Positions 8,855 through 18,310 of a stretch of DNA of 64,000 nt are shown here, one piece after another (positions within the stretch are counted from its first letter, which is position 1; each line of letters begins with the position of its first letter). The stretch is from the sequence record NZ_CP025192.1, one strand, 5' to 3'. Both the position numbers and the translations under genes were made by a program. The notes beneath the pieces are model-generated. The model saw only the letters and a list, made by a program, of their open reading frames with translations, was not told the DNA's origin and searched no databases. This DNA is from a plasmid.

Positions 8855-11628
8855 CCGCCCCCCTCGGTCCGGGTGAGCGCCTGATCGTACCAGAGGAGGA
8901 GCTTCTCGTCCTCCTGCAGCGCCTCCTCGGGAATCTTCTGGGCGACGTCGATGATGATTTTGTAGTTCTTGGCCGACCAAGCCACCTTGAAGCCCGCGCG
9001 GAGCACTTCAAGACGGAACTCCTTCAGCCGTCGTCCGGGAGCTACTCGATACCCCTCGAACTCTTTTAGCAAAGCCCTCTCACGCTTCTGCTCCAGATCT
9101 TGCGCCTTACCAGGATCCGGCACGAACCAGCGGTCCTTCGCTTTTGCTTTCAACACTGGATCAGATTTCTCGCGATTCCGCATTTCATGATAGTTTGTTG
9201 AAAGATAGTTATGGATTTGGCTGGGCACATCGCTAGATCCATCGTAGCGCAAGAAATTGTCCTCAAGAAGATCGGAAAGTTCGGGGCGTGTTTCGTGCTT
9301 TTTCCAGCCTGCCCCGAGCTGAGTGATGAACTCCGGGTGCAATTCCTGGTAGGTCGATGGCCGCTTCCGGAGAAAATCGGTCAACCAATCGATGGCGCTA
9401 CGTTCGTCTGCAACGAACATTTCCATTTGCGGTGCCTTAGGCACTTGAGCGCGCTTCTTATCATACTCAATGACCTGATCAGGCAAGAATACCATGCCGT
9501 CTCGCTCTGGAAAGCGGCTCCGAAGACCTTCCTGAAACTCTTGGCTGGAAAGAGGCACAGGCACATTGTGCCGGATAAACCACGCCACCATACGGTCAAA
9601 CAGGATGCGGGGATCGCGCTCCGCGATGAACTCGAGCGCGGCAGCCTTCTGTTTTGTCACTGGCAACTGACGAAGATGGGTCTGGACAAAATCCCAGGCT
9701 GACTCCATTGCAGGCTGGTTTTCAAACCGCTGTTCCAATCCGCCATTCGGTTTATATGCCGATATTATGAGATCCTGCTTTACTGCGACGGTAGTGGTAA
9801 CGGACTTGAAACTTCCCTGCTTCTTGTCGAGAGTTGACACATCGGCAACCACGAACCCAGCTTCTTGTAAAGCGGTTTGCAGGCTGTTCCAAACAGACGC
9901 TTGTGTATTCGAAAATACAACAGTCATCCACCGACCTGGTTTGAGGACACGGTAATATTCAGCGAAGCAAGAGGCCATTATTCGACGATAATCATCAAGA
10001 GATTTTTGTGATGCACGATTTTCTTTGGACCGGTCTACAATCGCATCAAGCCGTGCGTCCGTCATAACGCCATGCCATGCCTCAACAAGAAAATTGAGTT
10101 CTGCGTACGGTAGATTTTCTCCGAACGGAGGGTCGGTGAATACATAGTCGATCGAGGAGTCTTCTAGGGGGAGTTTGGCTGCTGTGCCTGTGGTTGTGAT
10201 AGCATTCTGTGATCTAAGCCTGAAGGCGTCGAAAGCCTTCTCAAGACGGCTCAGCTTACCTTCAAGAATATACCACGGACTGCATTCTGCATGCTGCGCT
10301 CCAACATAATAAACGCCAGCCAGATATTGGTTGACTTGCGAAAAGTGAGTTGGCGCATATCGCGCGAGGATGGACATACCCCAAATCGCTTGCTCTACGA
10401 AGTACATCAACATCGATCGAATGCGGCCATCTTTGTAATTACACGCGCTCCGCCACAAAGCTCCCATGCCGTGCGCTGCACGAGACAGAAACATGTCTTG
10501 AACAGACGTAACGCCTTTGTCACGCATTCGTGGAGCTTCCCACATATCGGCATATGGGAAGCCGGTGGTGGGGACCTCTTCTGGAATAGGAAGGTCGTTG
10601 ATTTTCTTGATGAGAGCTAGGTCAGCAGCATCTGGCTTCTTCTCATACCGGGTGCCGCCCACTTTATACGAGATTAACGAAGGCGCGCGCTTGGGGACGC
10701 TTATCGTCTTGCCGGACAGAGCATCAATCTTCGTCTCATAGCGACGATCCAGCTTCTTTTTCGTAAGTGTTGCGCCGCAGTGGGGGCATGGAAATTCGTC
10801 CCGCACTCGCTTAGTCGAATCATCGAGTGCTTCGTCGATGAAATTCACTTCGTCGGCGCAGTCGGGACACGTGAAGAGTTCGCTCCAAACCGTGAACTCA
10901 ATTCGCCCCTTCGTTTTCCGATCTACATGCAATGTTTCATACATCCAGCCAATCTCGCGCTCGACTTCAGCGAGCAACCGCTTCCCGGCGGCGGCAAAGG
11001 CGCCGACATCAAATGGTAGATTATAGTTCGCGGCGATGAAGGTCGCCGCCGGCGACAGGTCGTTCAAAACGACCTTGCGTGCGCCCCATCGGGGCGCTGG
11101 TTGGCCAGCCTTCTTCCACTCCATCTCGAGCTGCTGGCGGTAGGTGGCGGGCGCCGTGCCGCACCATTGTGCCGCCACGCCTGTCATGCCTGACCCAGCA
11201 AAGCCGTCGAGCACGACGTCACCCGGTTCGGTGAAGTGCAGGATAGACGGCACGATGGCCAAGTGCGGCACTTTGGTGTGATAGGAGTGCGCCTTATAGA
11301 TCGGGTCCGTCTTACCGACCGAGACATCAATCGCCATCGGCTCGCGCGCATACTCCTTGGCCGGGTCGTAGGGCTTGCCGCAGTGCTTCACGAAATCGGC
11401 TAGCCAAGGGTTAGGGCAGGCCGTGTAGTAGGGCGGATCCGACATGGCCAGGATCGCCTCGTCGGTCCCCTTCGGGAACCCCTCCTGTGTGCGGAAGGCG
11501 GGGTCCTTCAGCTTCTCGGCCAGCAGCTTCCGGAAATGCTCGCGGCGCGCGTCCTCGTTCGGAAAGGTCAGCCCCAGGCATGTCACCGCACCTGCCGCGC
11601 CAGGGCGAGGGATCAGAGTCTCATTCAT
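8851..11628 (-). CDS. pglX: BREX adenine-specific DNA methyltransferase PglX (type 3 PglXI, N6_N4_Mtase family)
   Basis: 925 aa with DPPY and FTDPPFGENLPY methyltransferase motifs. It sits between brxC and the SNF2 helicase. The central and C-terminal part has markedly lower GC. Confidence 0.85.
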   Translation of the reverse strand: MNETLIPRPGAAGAVTCLGLTFPNEDARREHFRKLLAEKLKDPAFRTQEGFPKGTDEAILAMSDPPYYTACPNPWLADFVKHCGKPYDPAKEYAREPMAIDVSVGKTDPIYKAHSYHTKVPHLAIVPSILHFTEPGDVVLDGFAGSGMTGVAAQWCGTAPATYRQQLEMEWKKAGQPAPRWGARKVVLNDLSPAATFIAANYNLPFDVGAFAAAGKRLLAEVEREIGWMYETLHVDRKTKGRIEFTVWSELFTCPDCADEVNFIDEALDDSTKRVRDEFPCPHCGATLTKKKLDRRYETKIDALSGKTISVPKRAPSLISYKVGGTRYEKKPDAADLALIKKINDLPIPEEVPTTGFPYADMWEAPRMRDKGVTSVQDMFLSRAAHGMGALWRSACNYKDGRIRSMLMYFVEQAIWGMSILARYAPTHFSQVNQYLAGVYYVGAQHAECSPWYILEGKLSRLEKAFDAFRLRSQNAITTTGTAAKLPLEDSSIDYVFTDPPFGENLPYAELNFLVEAWHGVMTDARLDAIVDRSKENRASQKSLDDYRRIMASCFAEYYRVLKPGRWMTVVFSNTQASVWNSLQTALQEAGFVVADVSTLDKKQGSFKSVTTTVAVKQDLIISAYKPNGGLEQRFENQPAMESAWDFVQTHLRQLPVTKQKAAALEFIAERDPRILFDRMVAWFIRHNVPVPLSSQEFQEGLRSRFPERDGMVFLPDQVIEYDKKRAQVPKAPQMEMFVADERSAIDWLTDFLRKRPSTYQELHPEFITQLGAGWKKHETRPELSDLLEDNFLRYDGSSDVPSQIHNYLSTNYHEMRNREKSDPVLKAKAKDRWFVPDPGKAQDLEQKRERALLKEFEGYRVAPGRRLKEFRLEVLRAGFKVAWSAKNYKIIIDVAQKIPEEALQEDEKLLLWYDQALTRTEGGG

Positions 11629-13495
11629 TGTCGGCCTCGTTCGTGGGGCGCGCCGCGGGCTGACGGCCTGCGCGCAGCGCTCGGAGCTTGATGCCGGCCT
11701 CCGTCAGCACATACTGCTGGTTTGGCGACCGAGGTTTGTCCGGTACGGTCATTCGCAGTACGCGCGCCTGCAGAAGCGGCTCGAGGTACTGTGCCATGAA
11801 GTGCGGACGCTGCTTGTAGCCCGCCCGCGCCATGAGATCTGCGAGGCTGCGCGGCACGTCCGCGTGCTCGACGACGCGCCACTGGCCTTCAGTCAACCGA
11901 TCAAGCGACCGAACAAGCTCGGGCTGGCTGTCGGCAGCTTGTTCGGTGGCTTGTTCGGTCGTGGATGACGCCGTTGTCTGGTCCCCGCCCCCTTGGCCCT
12001 GTGGCGCCGCACCGGCCAGCGACGGCCCGTAACGCGAGCGGAGATGGGCGGGCAGCGTGTACTGAGCCCCCCCGGTTTCTAGCGGTGCCACCAGAACCTG
12101 GGCAACCAGGCGCTCGATAACCGCCTTCGCCGCAGCACTGGTCAGGCCCGTGAGCGCCTTGACGTCGGTGAGGTCGATGTGGCCGCGGCGGGTAAGGTAC
12201 GCGAAGACCGCCGCCTCGTGCTCCGACAGGCTGGCCCCGAGGCTCGCCTGAGCCAGGAGCTGCTCCTCGGTGATCAGCTTCTCCTTCCGCATCGTCAGCC
12301 GGAAGGTCTTGTCCGCCTTGTCGTTGTCGATCTCCGGCGGGAGATAGCCGAGGCTCCGCCAGCCGTTGAAGATCGCGCCGACCCCGGTGCCGCCCTGGTC
12401 GGACAGACCGATACGCCGGAAGGCGTTCACGACGCTTGGGTTGCGGACCTCCTTGTCGCCGGGGTCCAGCAGCCTTTCCCTCGGGGAGAACGCATCGCCC
12501 GGATTGAAGAACTCGGTCTGGTTATGGAAGAACCTGATCACCGGGAGCCGTGTGTGGTCAGAGAAGTCCTGGTGGATGAGCAGGTTGATGGCCGCCTCGC
12601 GGAAGGACACGTAATCGGCGGGGTCATCGTCGCGTCTAAAGGTCGCCGCGTCGACCGAGAACGGGCGCTCGCTGTGCTTGAAGTAGAAGCCGACGATGCT
12701 CTGCCAGGTCTGGATCAGGTTCTCTTCGCAGGTCACGCGGTCCGCCCAGCGGACGCTCGGGGAGTAGTCATCCGCGCCGCTCCGATACAGCTGCAGGTCT
12801 ACCGCCATGCGGGGTAGGATTTGACGGAAGTAGCCGTCCGCGCCCAGCGTGAGGATCGCTGCCCGAGTCGGGAGCAGGACGCCGCCGTGCTCGACGACGA
12901 AGCTCCACCTGCGCAGGAAGGCGTCATCGTCGTCGCCCTCGTTCCTCCCTGGGTTGCTGGCGTTGAAGCGTGCCCGGTACCACCGCAGCGATGCTGCGTC
13001 GAAGCACTGTTTGATGTCCAAATCCAACGGCTCAGCATCGAAGCGCTCGGTGGCCCCATCCCGATAGAAGCGGAGCAACTCGTCGGCGGTGCACGTGTCA
13101 TCGCGACCACCCCGACGGATGAATGCCTTGCGCAGATCCCGGTCGATGTAGACCGGCTTAGCGCGACGTTCGGCCTCGGGGATCCAGAAGGCCAGCACCG
13201 TGCCTTCGGGCAGATTGTGCAGGTGAGCGCGGACAGGCAGCCGTACGCTAATCTTGTTCAGATCGCGCAATTGGCCGAGGAAGTCGTTCTGAACATTGTC
13301 CGCCTCGACGACGCCGGTGACCGAGAAGGAGCCGCGCGTCTCCTTGACCCCGAACACGAGGTACCCACCCGACGTATTGGCGAACGCGCTCACCGTGGAG
13401 AAGGCATTGCGCGGCACCATCGTGGCGGCCTCCTTGAACTCCACGTCGTTCCATTCGATGGACTGGAGCTTCGCCAGCAACTCGTCGCGGGTCAT
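11621..13495 (-). CDS. AlbA_2 (Schlafen-like) + HATPase_c_4 + C-terminal wHTH protein inserted in the BREX operon
   Basis: SIEWNDVEFKEA...SAFANTSGGYLVFGV matches the AlbA_2 signature. AINLLIHQDFSDH...FFNPGD matches the HATPase_c_4 signature. The ATG at 13495 lies 2 nt after the brxC stop, and the 3' end overlaps the pglX start by 8 nt. The ORF runs to 13930, but its N-terminal 145 aa are an overlap artefact. Confidence 0.7.
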   Translation of the reverse strand: MTRDELLAKLQSIEWNDVEFKEAATMVPRNAFSTVSAFANTSGGYLVFGVKETRGSFSVTGVVEADNVQNDFLGQLRDLNKISVRLPVRAHLHNLPEGTVLAFWIPEAERRAKPVYIDRDLRKAFIRRGGRDDTCTADELLRFYRDGATERFDAEPLDLDIKQCFDAASLRWYRARFNASNPGRNEGDDDDAFLRRWSFVVEHGGVLLPTRAAILTLGADGYFRQILPRMAVDLQLYRSGADDYSPSVRWADRVTCEENLIQTWQSIVGFYFKHSERPFSVDAATFRRDDDPADYVSFREAAINLLIHQDFSDHTRLPVIRFFHNQTEFFNPGDAFSPRERLLDPGDKEVRNPSVVNAFRRIGLSDQGGTGVGAIFNGWRSLGYLPPEIDNDKADKTFRLTMRKEKLITEEQLLAQASLGASLSEHEAAVFAYLTRRGHIDLTDVKALTGLTSAAAKAVIERLVAQVLVAPLETGGAQYTLPAHLRSRYGPSLAGAAPQGQGGGDQTTASSTTEQATEQAADSQPELVRSLDRLTEGQWRVVEHADVPRSLADLMARAGYKQRPHFMAQYLEPLLQARVLRMTVPDKPRSPNQQYVLTEAGIKLRALRAGRQPAARPTNEADNE

Positions 13496-13497
13496 GG

Positions 13498-16400
13498 CTA
13501 CTCCACCACGAACCGCAGTTTGGTGGTGTCCCTGCCCTTGCACCGGTCGCTCAGGAACGTCTCGAAACGCTTGCGCAGGTCCTCGGGCGTGGCCGGCGAA
13601 CCGCCCTGGAGCAGCGCCTGCTTGATCTCGCCGCCGGTGACTGGGATCTTCTCGAGGCCTGACAGCGCCTCCTGCACCGCCGCGACGAAGTCCGAGCCCA
13701 CCGGATCGGGAAGCGCCTTCGACGCGACGAACCCGTCGACCAGCTTCCGGGTCGCGGGCTTGAGCAGGTCGAAGTTCGCCTGGATTATCGGGTCTTCCAG
13801 GTTGTCCAGCAGCGTCTGCTGCCACCCATCGAGCAGCCGGTCGAGCTCGCCGTCCAGCTGCTTCAGCATGGTCGCTGCCGGCAGCATGTCGCCCTGTTCG
13901 CTCGTCGGCCGGAAGTGGCAGTGTGGGCAAACAGGACTGGCTGCGAGGTCCGCATCCATCAAAGAGTCGCAGCTCTTTAGCTTGCCGAGCTTGTCCTCGA
14001 AGCTGTCGAGCTGGCTGGTGGGCATCAAGGAAATGTTGCGGAGCACTCGCATTGCGATCAGCCGACCGTCCTTGCGCAGAGCTTCCTTACTCTTGTTCTC
14101 CGCCACGCCGAGGCGCGCTCTGCTATGCTGCCCGACGTAGGCAGCAACGTAGTCTTTCTTCAGGCGTGCCAGGATTTGCCGGTACTCGCCTGCGTGCTGC
14201 GCAGTTCGATCGGTTGCGAGCCGCTCAAACACCTGCTTGCGCGCCGCTTGCGCCTGCTGCACCCAGGGATCATCGCCCGTCAGCACCATCTCGGCCTGCG
14301 AGAGGTAGCCGGCCGCGGTGCCCAATTCCGCGACGAGTTCCAGCATGCGTTCGACGGCGTCCAGCGCCTCCAGGTGCTTCTTTTGCGCCGCCACGTCGTC
14401 CGAGCCGACGCGCAGGTTCTTGAGCTTGCCCACCGTGTTGTACGGAGACAGACTCTCCGCGAAGGCCTTCAGCGCATCCAGCTTCGCCCGCCAGTCGGCG
14501 AGCTCGTTCTCGCGCAGGAGCGGCTGCCCCCAGAAGCTCAGCCGTCCCGCCATATCGGTCGTCGCGGCGAGCACGCGCCGCGTCAGCTTCGTGACCTCCT
14601 CCTGCAGCCGCTTGACCGGCTCGTCGGACCCCTGCGCGGCCTGCTGCGCGAGACCGGGCTGGAGGCCGAGCATCTCGAATAGCGCGCGAAGGACGGCGAC
14701 GTTGATCTCCCGCGGGGCCTCGACGTGCTTAAACTGCCGGAGCTCGTCGAGCGGCCGCTCGGCGAGCAGCGCGATCTTGCCAGGATCGATCTTGTCGCCG
14801 GCGACCGCCAGCACGATGTCGCCCGAGTAGACGAGTGCGCCCAGCACCGCGACGAGCAGATCGGGCTCTAGCCGGAACTTGAGCGGCGCGAAGTACTCGA
14901 CGTCGGCGCCGCCGCTCAGCAGCTCGCCGCGGTTCAGCACCTGCCCGTGGCCCTTCGCCTTGAGACGCGAGAGGACCTCCTGCGCGTAGCGGGACCGCTC
15001 CGGGTCGAGGCGATCGCCGTCCAGCATCTCGAGGCCGTCCAGGATGACCACCGCGTCCTTGGTGCGGGGCCCGCCGGCGAGGGCGCGCAGCGCGTTCCCA
15101 ACGAGCTGCTTTCGGTTCGCCTCGGTCAGCAGCGCAGTGAACGTCGGGTACTCGGGCGCCACCTCAGCGAACCGGTTGCCCAGCGCCACGCCGGCGATCA
15201 CGTTCACCACGTCGCGGAAGTTGATGCGCTCGTCGGGCCGCAGCCGCGCCTTGTCGCGCAGCGAGATCCCCTTCGTCCACTCCTGTAGGGTCCGGGCCTT
15301 GCCCTGGTAGGTGACCTCGTAGGCCGCCATTTGCTTTTCCTGCAGCCACTTGCCCATCTCGCGCAGGGCGTCGTTCGCCTTGTCGAGGTAGACGCTTTTG
15401 GCGGCGCCGCTGGCGGTCGACGCGAGGTCCTGCGCAGCGGCGTAGCAGGACAGGTGCCGCCTGATCGCGTCGTCGGGGCCCTTGAGCCGGAAGAACACCT
15501 CGTCGGCCTTGTGCTCGTCGCGAAAGCGCGGCGGCTCGAACGGCTGGATGAAGTAGATGTAGAAGTCGCGCTCGGGCTGCGCCGTCGGCCGGTCGTTCGG
15601 CGCGCCGAAGAAGAGGTAGCCGATGCGCTCGACGCGGCGCTCCTGCCACTCGATCTGGTACTGCCAGATCTGGTGGCCGGCGACGTAGGTGGTCTCGTCC
15701 GTGCGCTCCATGAGCTGGCGGACCGCGCTGAAGTAGGCGCGGTCGAGCGCGTCGTCCGAGAGCGCCTCGGCCCGCTTCTCGATCTGGGCGTCGTAGTCGA
15801 CGTCCTTCTTTAAATCCAGGAAGTACTGGTCGGTGTCGGGCGCCCTGGAGATGAACTGGCCGTTGACGGTCTTCAGCGTCTCGCGGAGGACGGTCTGCAC
15901 CAGGGAAAGCAGGTCGGCGTCGGGCTCGCCGCCCATCGCGTCGATGCCCGGTTGGAACAGGCAGAGCGTGTCCCGCAGTTCGGTGGCGGTTGGCCCCACG
16001 GGCACGTAGATGTCCCCGCCCGTCGTCAGCCGGTGCACCGAGAGGCCGTTGATGATCCGGAGCGCCATTGGCCGGTAGGCGGGACGGGTGAACGCCTTCC
16101 TTACCCGTTCGGACAGAACCTCGGAAACTTTCAGCACCGGCCCGATGCTCGGGTCGGCGCGGAGGACGGAGTTGGCCGTGATCGTGTCCCAGAACCTGTC
16201 GTAGCCGATCAGCCCCGGGCGGTCGCCCGGTACCTCGTCGTCCAGGATGTCCTGGATCTGGTCGCGGAGGGTGACCAGCGCGCCGCGCTTCTCGGCGAAG
16301 ACCAGGCGCTCGAACGTCCCGATGTAGTCGGGGTGCACCGGGAACAGCCGCACGTAGTCGTCCATGCGCTCGTTCATGGACCCGTAAAACTTGGAGAACG

Positions 16401-17253
16401 GCGCCAGGTACGCCCGGATCCGCTCCTGCTGGTCGGCGGTCTTCTTCAGCAGACGCTCCGCCACGACGAAGCTGACGTCCTGCCGGGCGAGCAGGATCTG
16501 CGTGAACCGGTCCTTCACGCGGCGCAGGCTGTCGGCCACGTGCTGGAAGCGGCTGCTGTCGAAGACCGCCTCCTGGACGCCGGCGACGAAGCGGAACCTC
16601 AGGTGCTTCGTGACCTCGCCGATCTCCCGCAGGAAGGACAGGTCGAGGACGAGGTCGTGGTCCCTCCGGGACCGCAGGTACTCGAGGAACTCGTCGACGA
16701 CGAGGAGTACGCCCTGGTTTGGGTGGCGCTCGGCGAAGGCCGCCATCATCTCCTCGAAGGCGGCCTTGTTGTTGATGACCTTGTTGGCCGGCGGGAAGAC
16801 GTAGCTTACCCCGTTCTTCTCTAAGAAGATCTCGAGCTGCTGCGTGACGATGTCCCGCAGGGACATCTGGCTCGAGATCTCGATGCGGTGCACCTTGAAC
16901 TTCCCGGCGATCGCCGCGGCCGCCTCGGCGACCTTAGGATGGCGGATCATCGGGACGTACGCGGCGTCTTCGGCCACCAGCGAGAGTACCGACATGAGGT
17001 GCGACTTGCCGGTGCCGTAGTTCCCGACGACGAGCACCCCCTTGTGGTCCACCGCCTCGTCGAACGAGAGCTGCGGGACGATGAGCTTCGCGATCCGCTC
17101 AGCCATGTCGTCCGAGATCACGTAGGTCGACACCAGCTTCCGCGCCTCGTCCGGGCGGTTGGCGTCCAGAAGTTGGATGACGGACTCGATCGGCTCGAAC
17201 TGGATCAGGTCGCCATAGCGCATCGGCATCCGGTCTTTCCTGCTAACCAACAT
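13498..17253 (-). CDS. brxC: BREX ATPase BrxC/PglY (large P-loop protein)
   Basis: 1251 aa with Walker A GNYGTGKSH near the N-terminus. Size and position match BrxC. Confidence 0.85.
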   Translation of the reverse strand: MLVSRKDRMPMRYGDLIQFEPIESVIQLLDANRPDEARKLVSTYVISDDMAERIAKLIVPQLSFDEAVDHKGVLVVGNYGTGKSHLMSVLSLVAEDAAYVPMIRHPKVAEAAAAIAGKFKVHRIEISSQMSLRDIVTQQLEIFLEKNGVSYVFPPANKVINNKAAFEEMMAAFAERHPNQGVLLVVDEFLEYLRSRRDHDLVLDLSFLREIGEVTKHLRFRFVAGVQEAVFDSSRFQHVADSLRRVKDRFTQILLARQDVSFVVAERLLKKTADQQERIRAYLAPFSKFYGSMNERMDDYVRLFPVHPDYIGTFERLVFAEKRGALVTLRDQIQDILDDEVPGDRPGLIGYDRFWDTITANSVLRADPSIGPVLKVSEVLSERVRKAFTRPAYRPMALRIINGLSVHRLTTGGDIYVPVGPTATELRDTLCLFQPGIDAMGGEPDADLLSLVQTVLRETLKTVNGQFISRAPDTDQYFLDLKKDVDYDAQIEKRAEALSDDALDRAYFSAVRQLMERTDETTYVAGHQIWQYQIEWQERRVERIGYLFFGAPNDRPTAQPERDFYIYFIQPFEPPRFRDEHKADEVFFRLKGPDDAIRRHLSCYAAAQDLASTASGAAKSVYLDKANDALREMGKWLQEKQMAAYEVTYQGKARTLQEWTKGISLRDKARLRPDERINFRDVVNVIAGVALGNRFAEVAPEYPTFTALLTEANRKQLVGNALRALAGGPRTKDAVVILDGLEMLDGDRLDPERSRYAQEVLSRLKAKGHGQVLNRGELLSGGADVEYFAPLKFRLEPDLLVAVLGALVYSGDIVLAVAGDKIDPGKIALLAERPLDELRQFKHVEAPREINVAVLRALFEMLGLQPGLAQQAAQGSDEPVKRLQEEVTKLTRRVLAATTDMAGRLSFWGQPLLRENELADWRAKLDALKAFAESLSPYNTVGKLKNLRVGSDDVAAQKKHLEALDAVERMLELVAELGTAAGYLSQAEMVLTGDDPWVQQAQAARKQVFERLATDRTAQHAGEYRQILARLKKDYVAAYVGQHSRARLGVAENKSKEALRKDGRLIAMRVLRNISLMPTSQLDSFEDKLGKLKSCDSLMDADLAASPVCPHCHFRPTSEQGDMLPAATMLKQLDGELDRLLDGWQQTLLDNLEDPIIQANFDLLKPATRKLVDGFVASKALPDPVGSDFVAAVQEALSGLEKIPVTGGEIKQALLQGGSPATPEDLRKRFETFLSDRCKGRDTTKLRFVVE

Positions 17254-17782
17254 TGAACGGCACCCACCCTTCCGTGCCGTAGTTCTGGTGCTCCGGGTGG
17301 CCCGGCACCGCGTAGACCAGACGCCCGTCCCGCAGCTCTCCCGGCCAAGCGGCGACGACGCGGCGCCCGTGGGAGTGCCGCCTCATCAGGTCCAGGGGAC
17401 TGAGCCGTAGGGTCCAGTCGAAGAGGAGCTCTATGTTGTCCCAGAGCAGCAGGTCACGGCCGACCGTCCCGTCGGCCAGTTCCTTCAGCAGGTCGGGAGC
17501 CATGAGGTGCCGTTGGGACGCGGGCAGCGGGACGAGGAGGCGGCCGAGAGCCTCGCCCAGCCGCATGACGGGGGCATTCCGGCGCGTGGAAAGCTGCCCC
17601 AGCAGCTTGCTCTTGCCGGATCCCGGAGGACCGACGAGGAGCACGAGCTTGCTATTCAAGCCCGCGACGTCTTCGACGAGGCGCTCAAGGATGTCGATCA
17701 CGGTACGCGCCTTGAACAGAGCCGAAGGTTCCGACCTCGAGCCGCATCGAGCGCCGACGCGAGGCTCTCTGGCGGAGGGCAC
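17243..17782 (-). CDS. brxF: BREX type 3 small P-loop ATPase BrxF
   Basis: 179 aa with Walker A LVGPPGSGKSKL. It is the first gene of the operon and overlaps the brxC start by 11 nt. Confidence 0.65.
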   Translation of the reverse strand: MPSAREPRVGARCGSRSEPSALFKARTVIDILERLVEDVAGLNSKLVLLVGPPGSGKSKLLGQLSTRRNAPVMRLGEALGRLLVPLPASQRHLMAPDLLKELADGTVGRDLLLWDNIELLFDWTLRLSPLDLMRRHSHGRRVVAAWPGELRDGRLVYAVPGHPEHQNYGTEGWVPFNVG

Positions 17783-17810
17783 GGAGCGGCTCGATCAGGG
17801 GTGCTCATCG

Positions 17811-18011
17811 TCAGGATTTGGACTGGGCAGGCACAGGGCGGACGGGGGATGAGCGACCCGCCTCGATCGCCTTGAGGCGGTCGAACTCCTCGAAGGCCAT
17901 CACCACGACGACCGGTCGTCCGTGCTTGGCGACGATCAGCGGCTCGATCCGGGCGAGGTCGATCAGCCGACCGAACCCGTACTTCGCCTCCTTGGCGGTC
18001 AGCGTCTTCAT
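17811..18011 (-). CDS. Phd/YefM-family antitoxin-like protein (orphan; possible regulator)
   Basis: MKTLTAKEAKYGFGRLIDLARIEPLIVAKHGRPVVVVMAFEEFDRL matches the Phd/YefM antitoxin fold. The ATG at 18011 has GGAG 6-9 nt upstream. The gene ends 29 bp before brxF. Confidence 0.6.
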   Translation of the reverse strand: MKTLTAKEAKYGFGRLIDLARIEPLIVAKHGRPVVVVMAFEEFDRLKAIEAGRSSPVRPVPAQSKS

Positions 18012-18225
18012 GCTCCACTCCGGATACGAGACGACCATCGGCCAAAATGGCCAAAATTTCAATCTCCGCGGGATGAGCAGACCCGGCACCGCGCCGTGCG
18101 GGCGGGGTGACTTGCCGGTGCAGGGCATGCGGCCCGTTGGCAAGTACTGGTCCGCTCATGGAGATGACGACTGCCAGCAGGATTGCCTGCTCGCGCCGAG
18201 GCAAGCCCACCGCATATCGAATAGA

Positions 18226-18256
18226 TGCTAGCAATTACCTTGTTGGCGCTAGCTTG
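18226..18256. repeat. GCTAGCA-type motifs (ATGCTAGCAA, GCGCTAGCTTG) upstream of parA; candidate centromere or operator sites
   Basis: Member of a recurring GCTAGC(A) motif family. Other copies lie at 18982-18993, 20739-20752 and 21399-21435. Confidence 0.35.
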
Positions 18257-18310
18257 AGGATGCTACGACCTGCGTGATGACGTGCGTCGGTAGGGCCGAA
18301 GGGGGACGGA

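Noticed and set aside
12821-14140. 439-aa plus-strand ORF
   Set aside because: Antisense to the embedded AlbA_2 gene and brxC.
17243-17782. Alternative reading of the 179-aa P-loop protein as the toxin partner of the Phd-like antitoxin
   Set aside because: Its Walker A and size fit BrxF, and it overlaps brxC. There is no known toxin fold with this P-loop arrangement paired with Phd.
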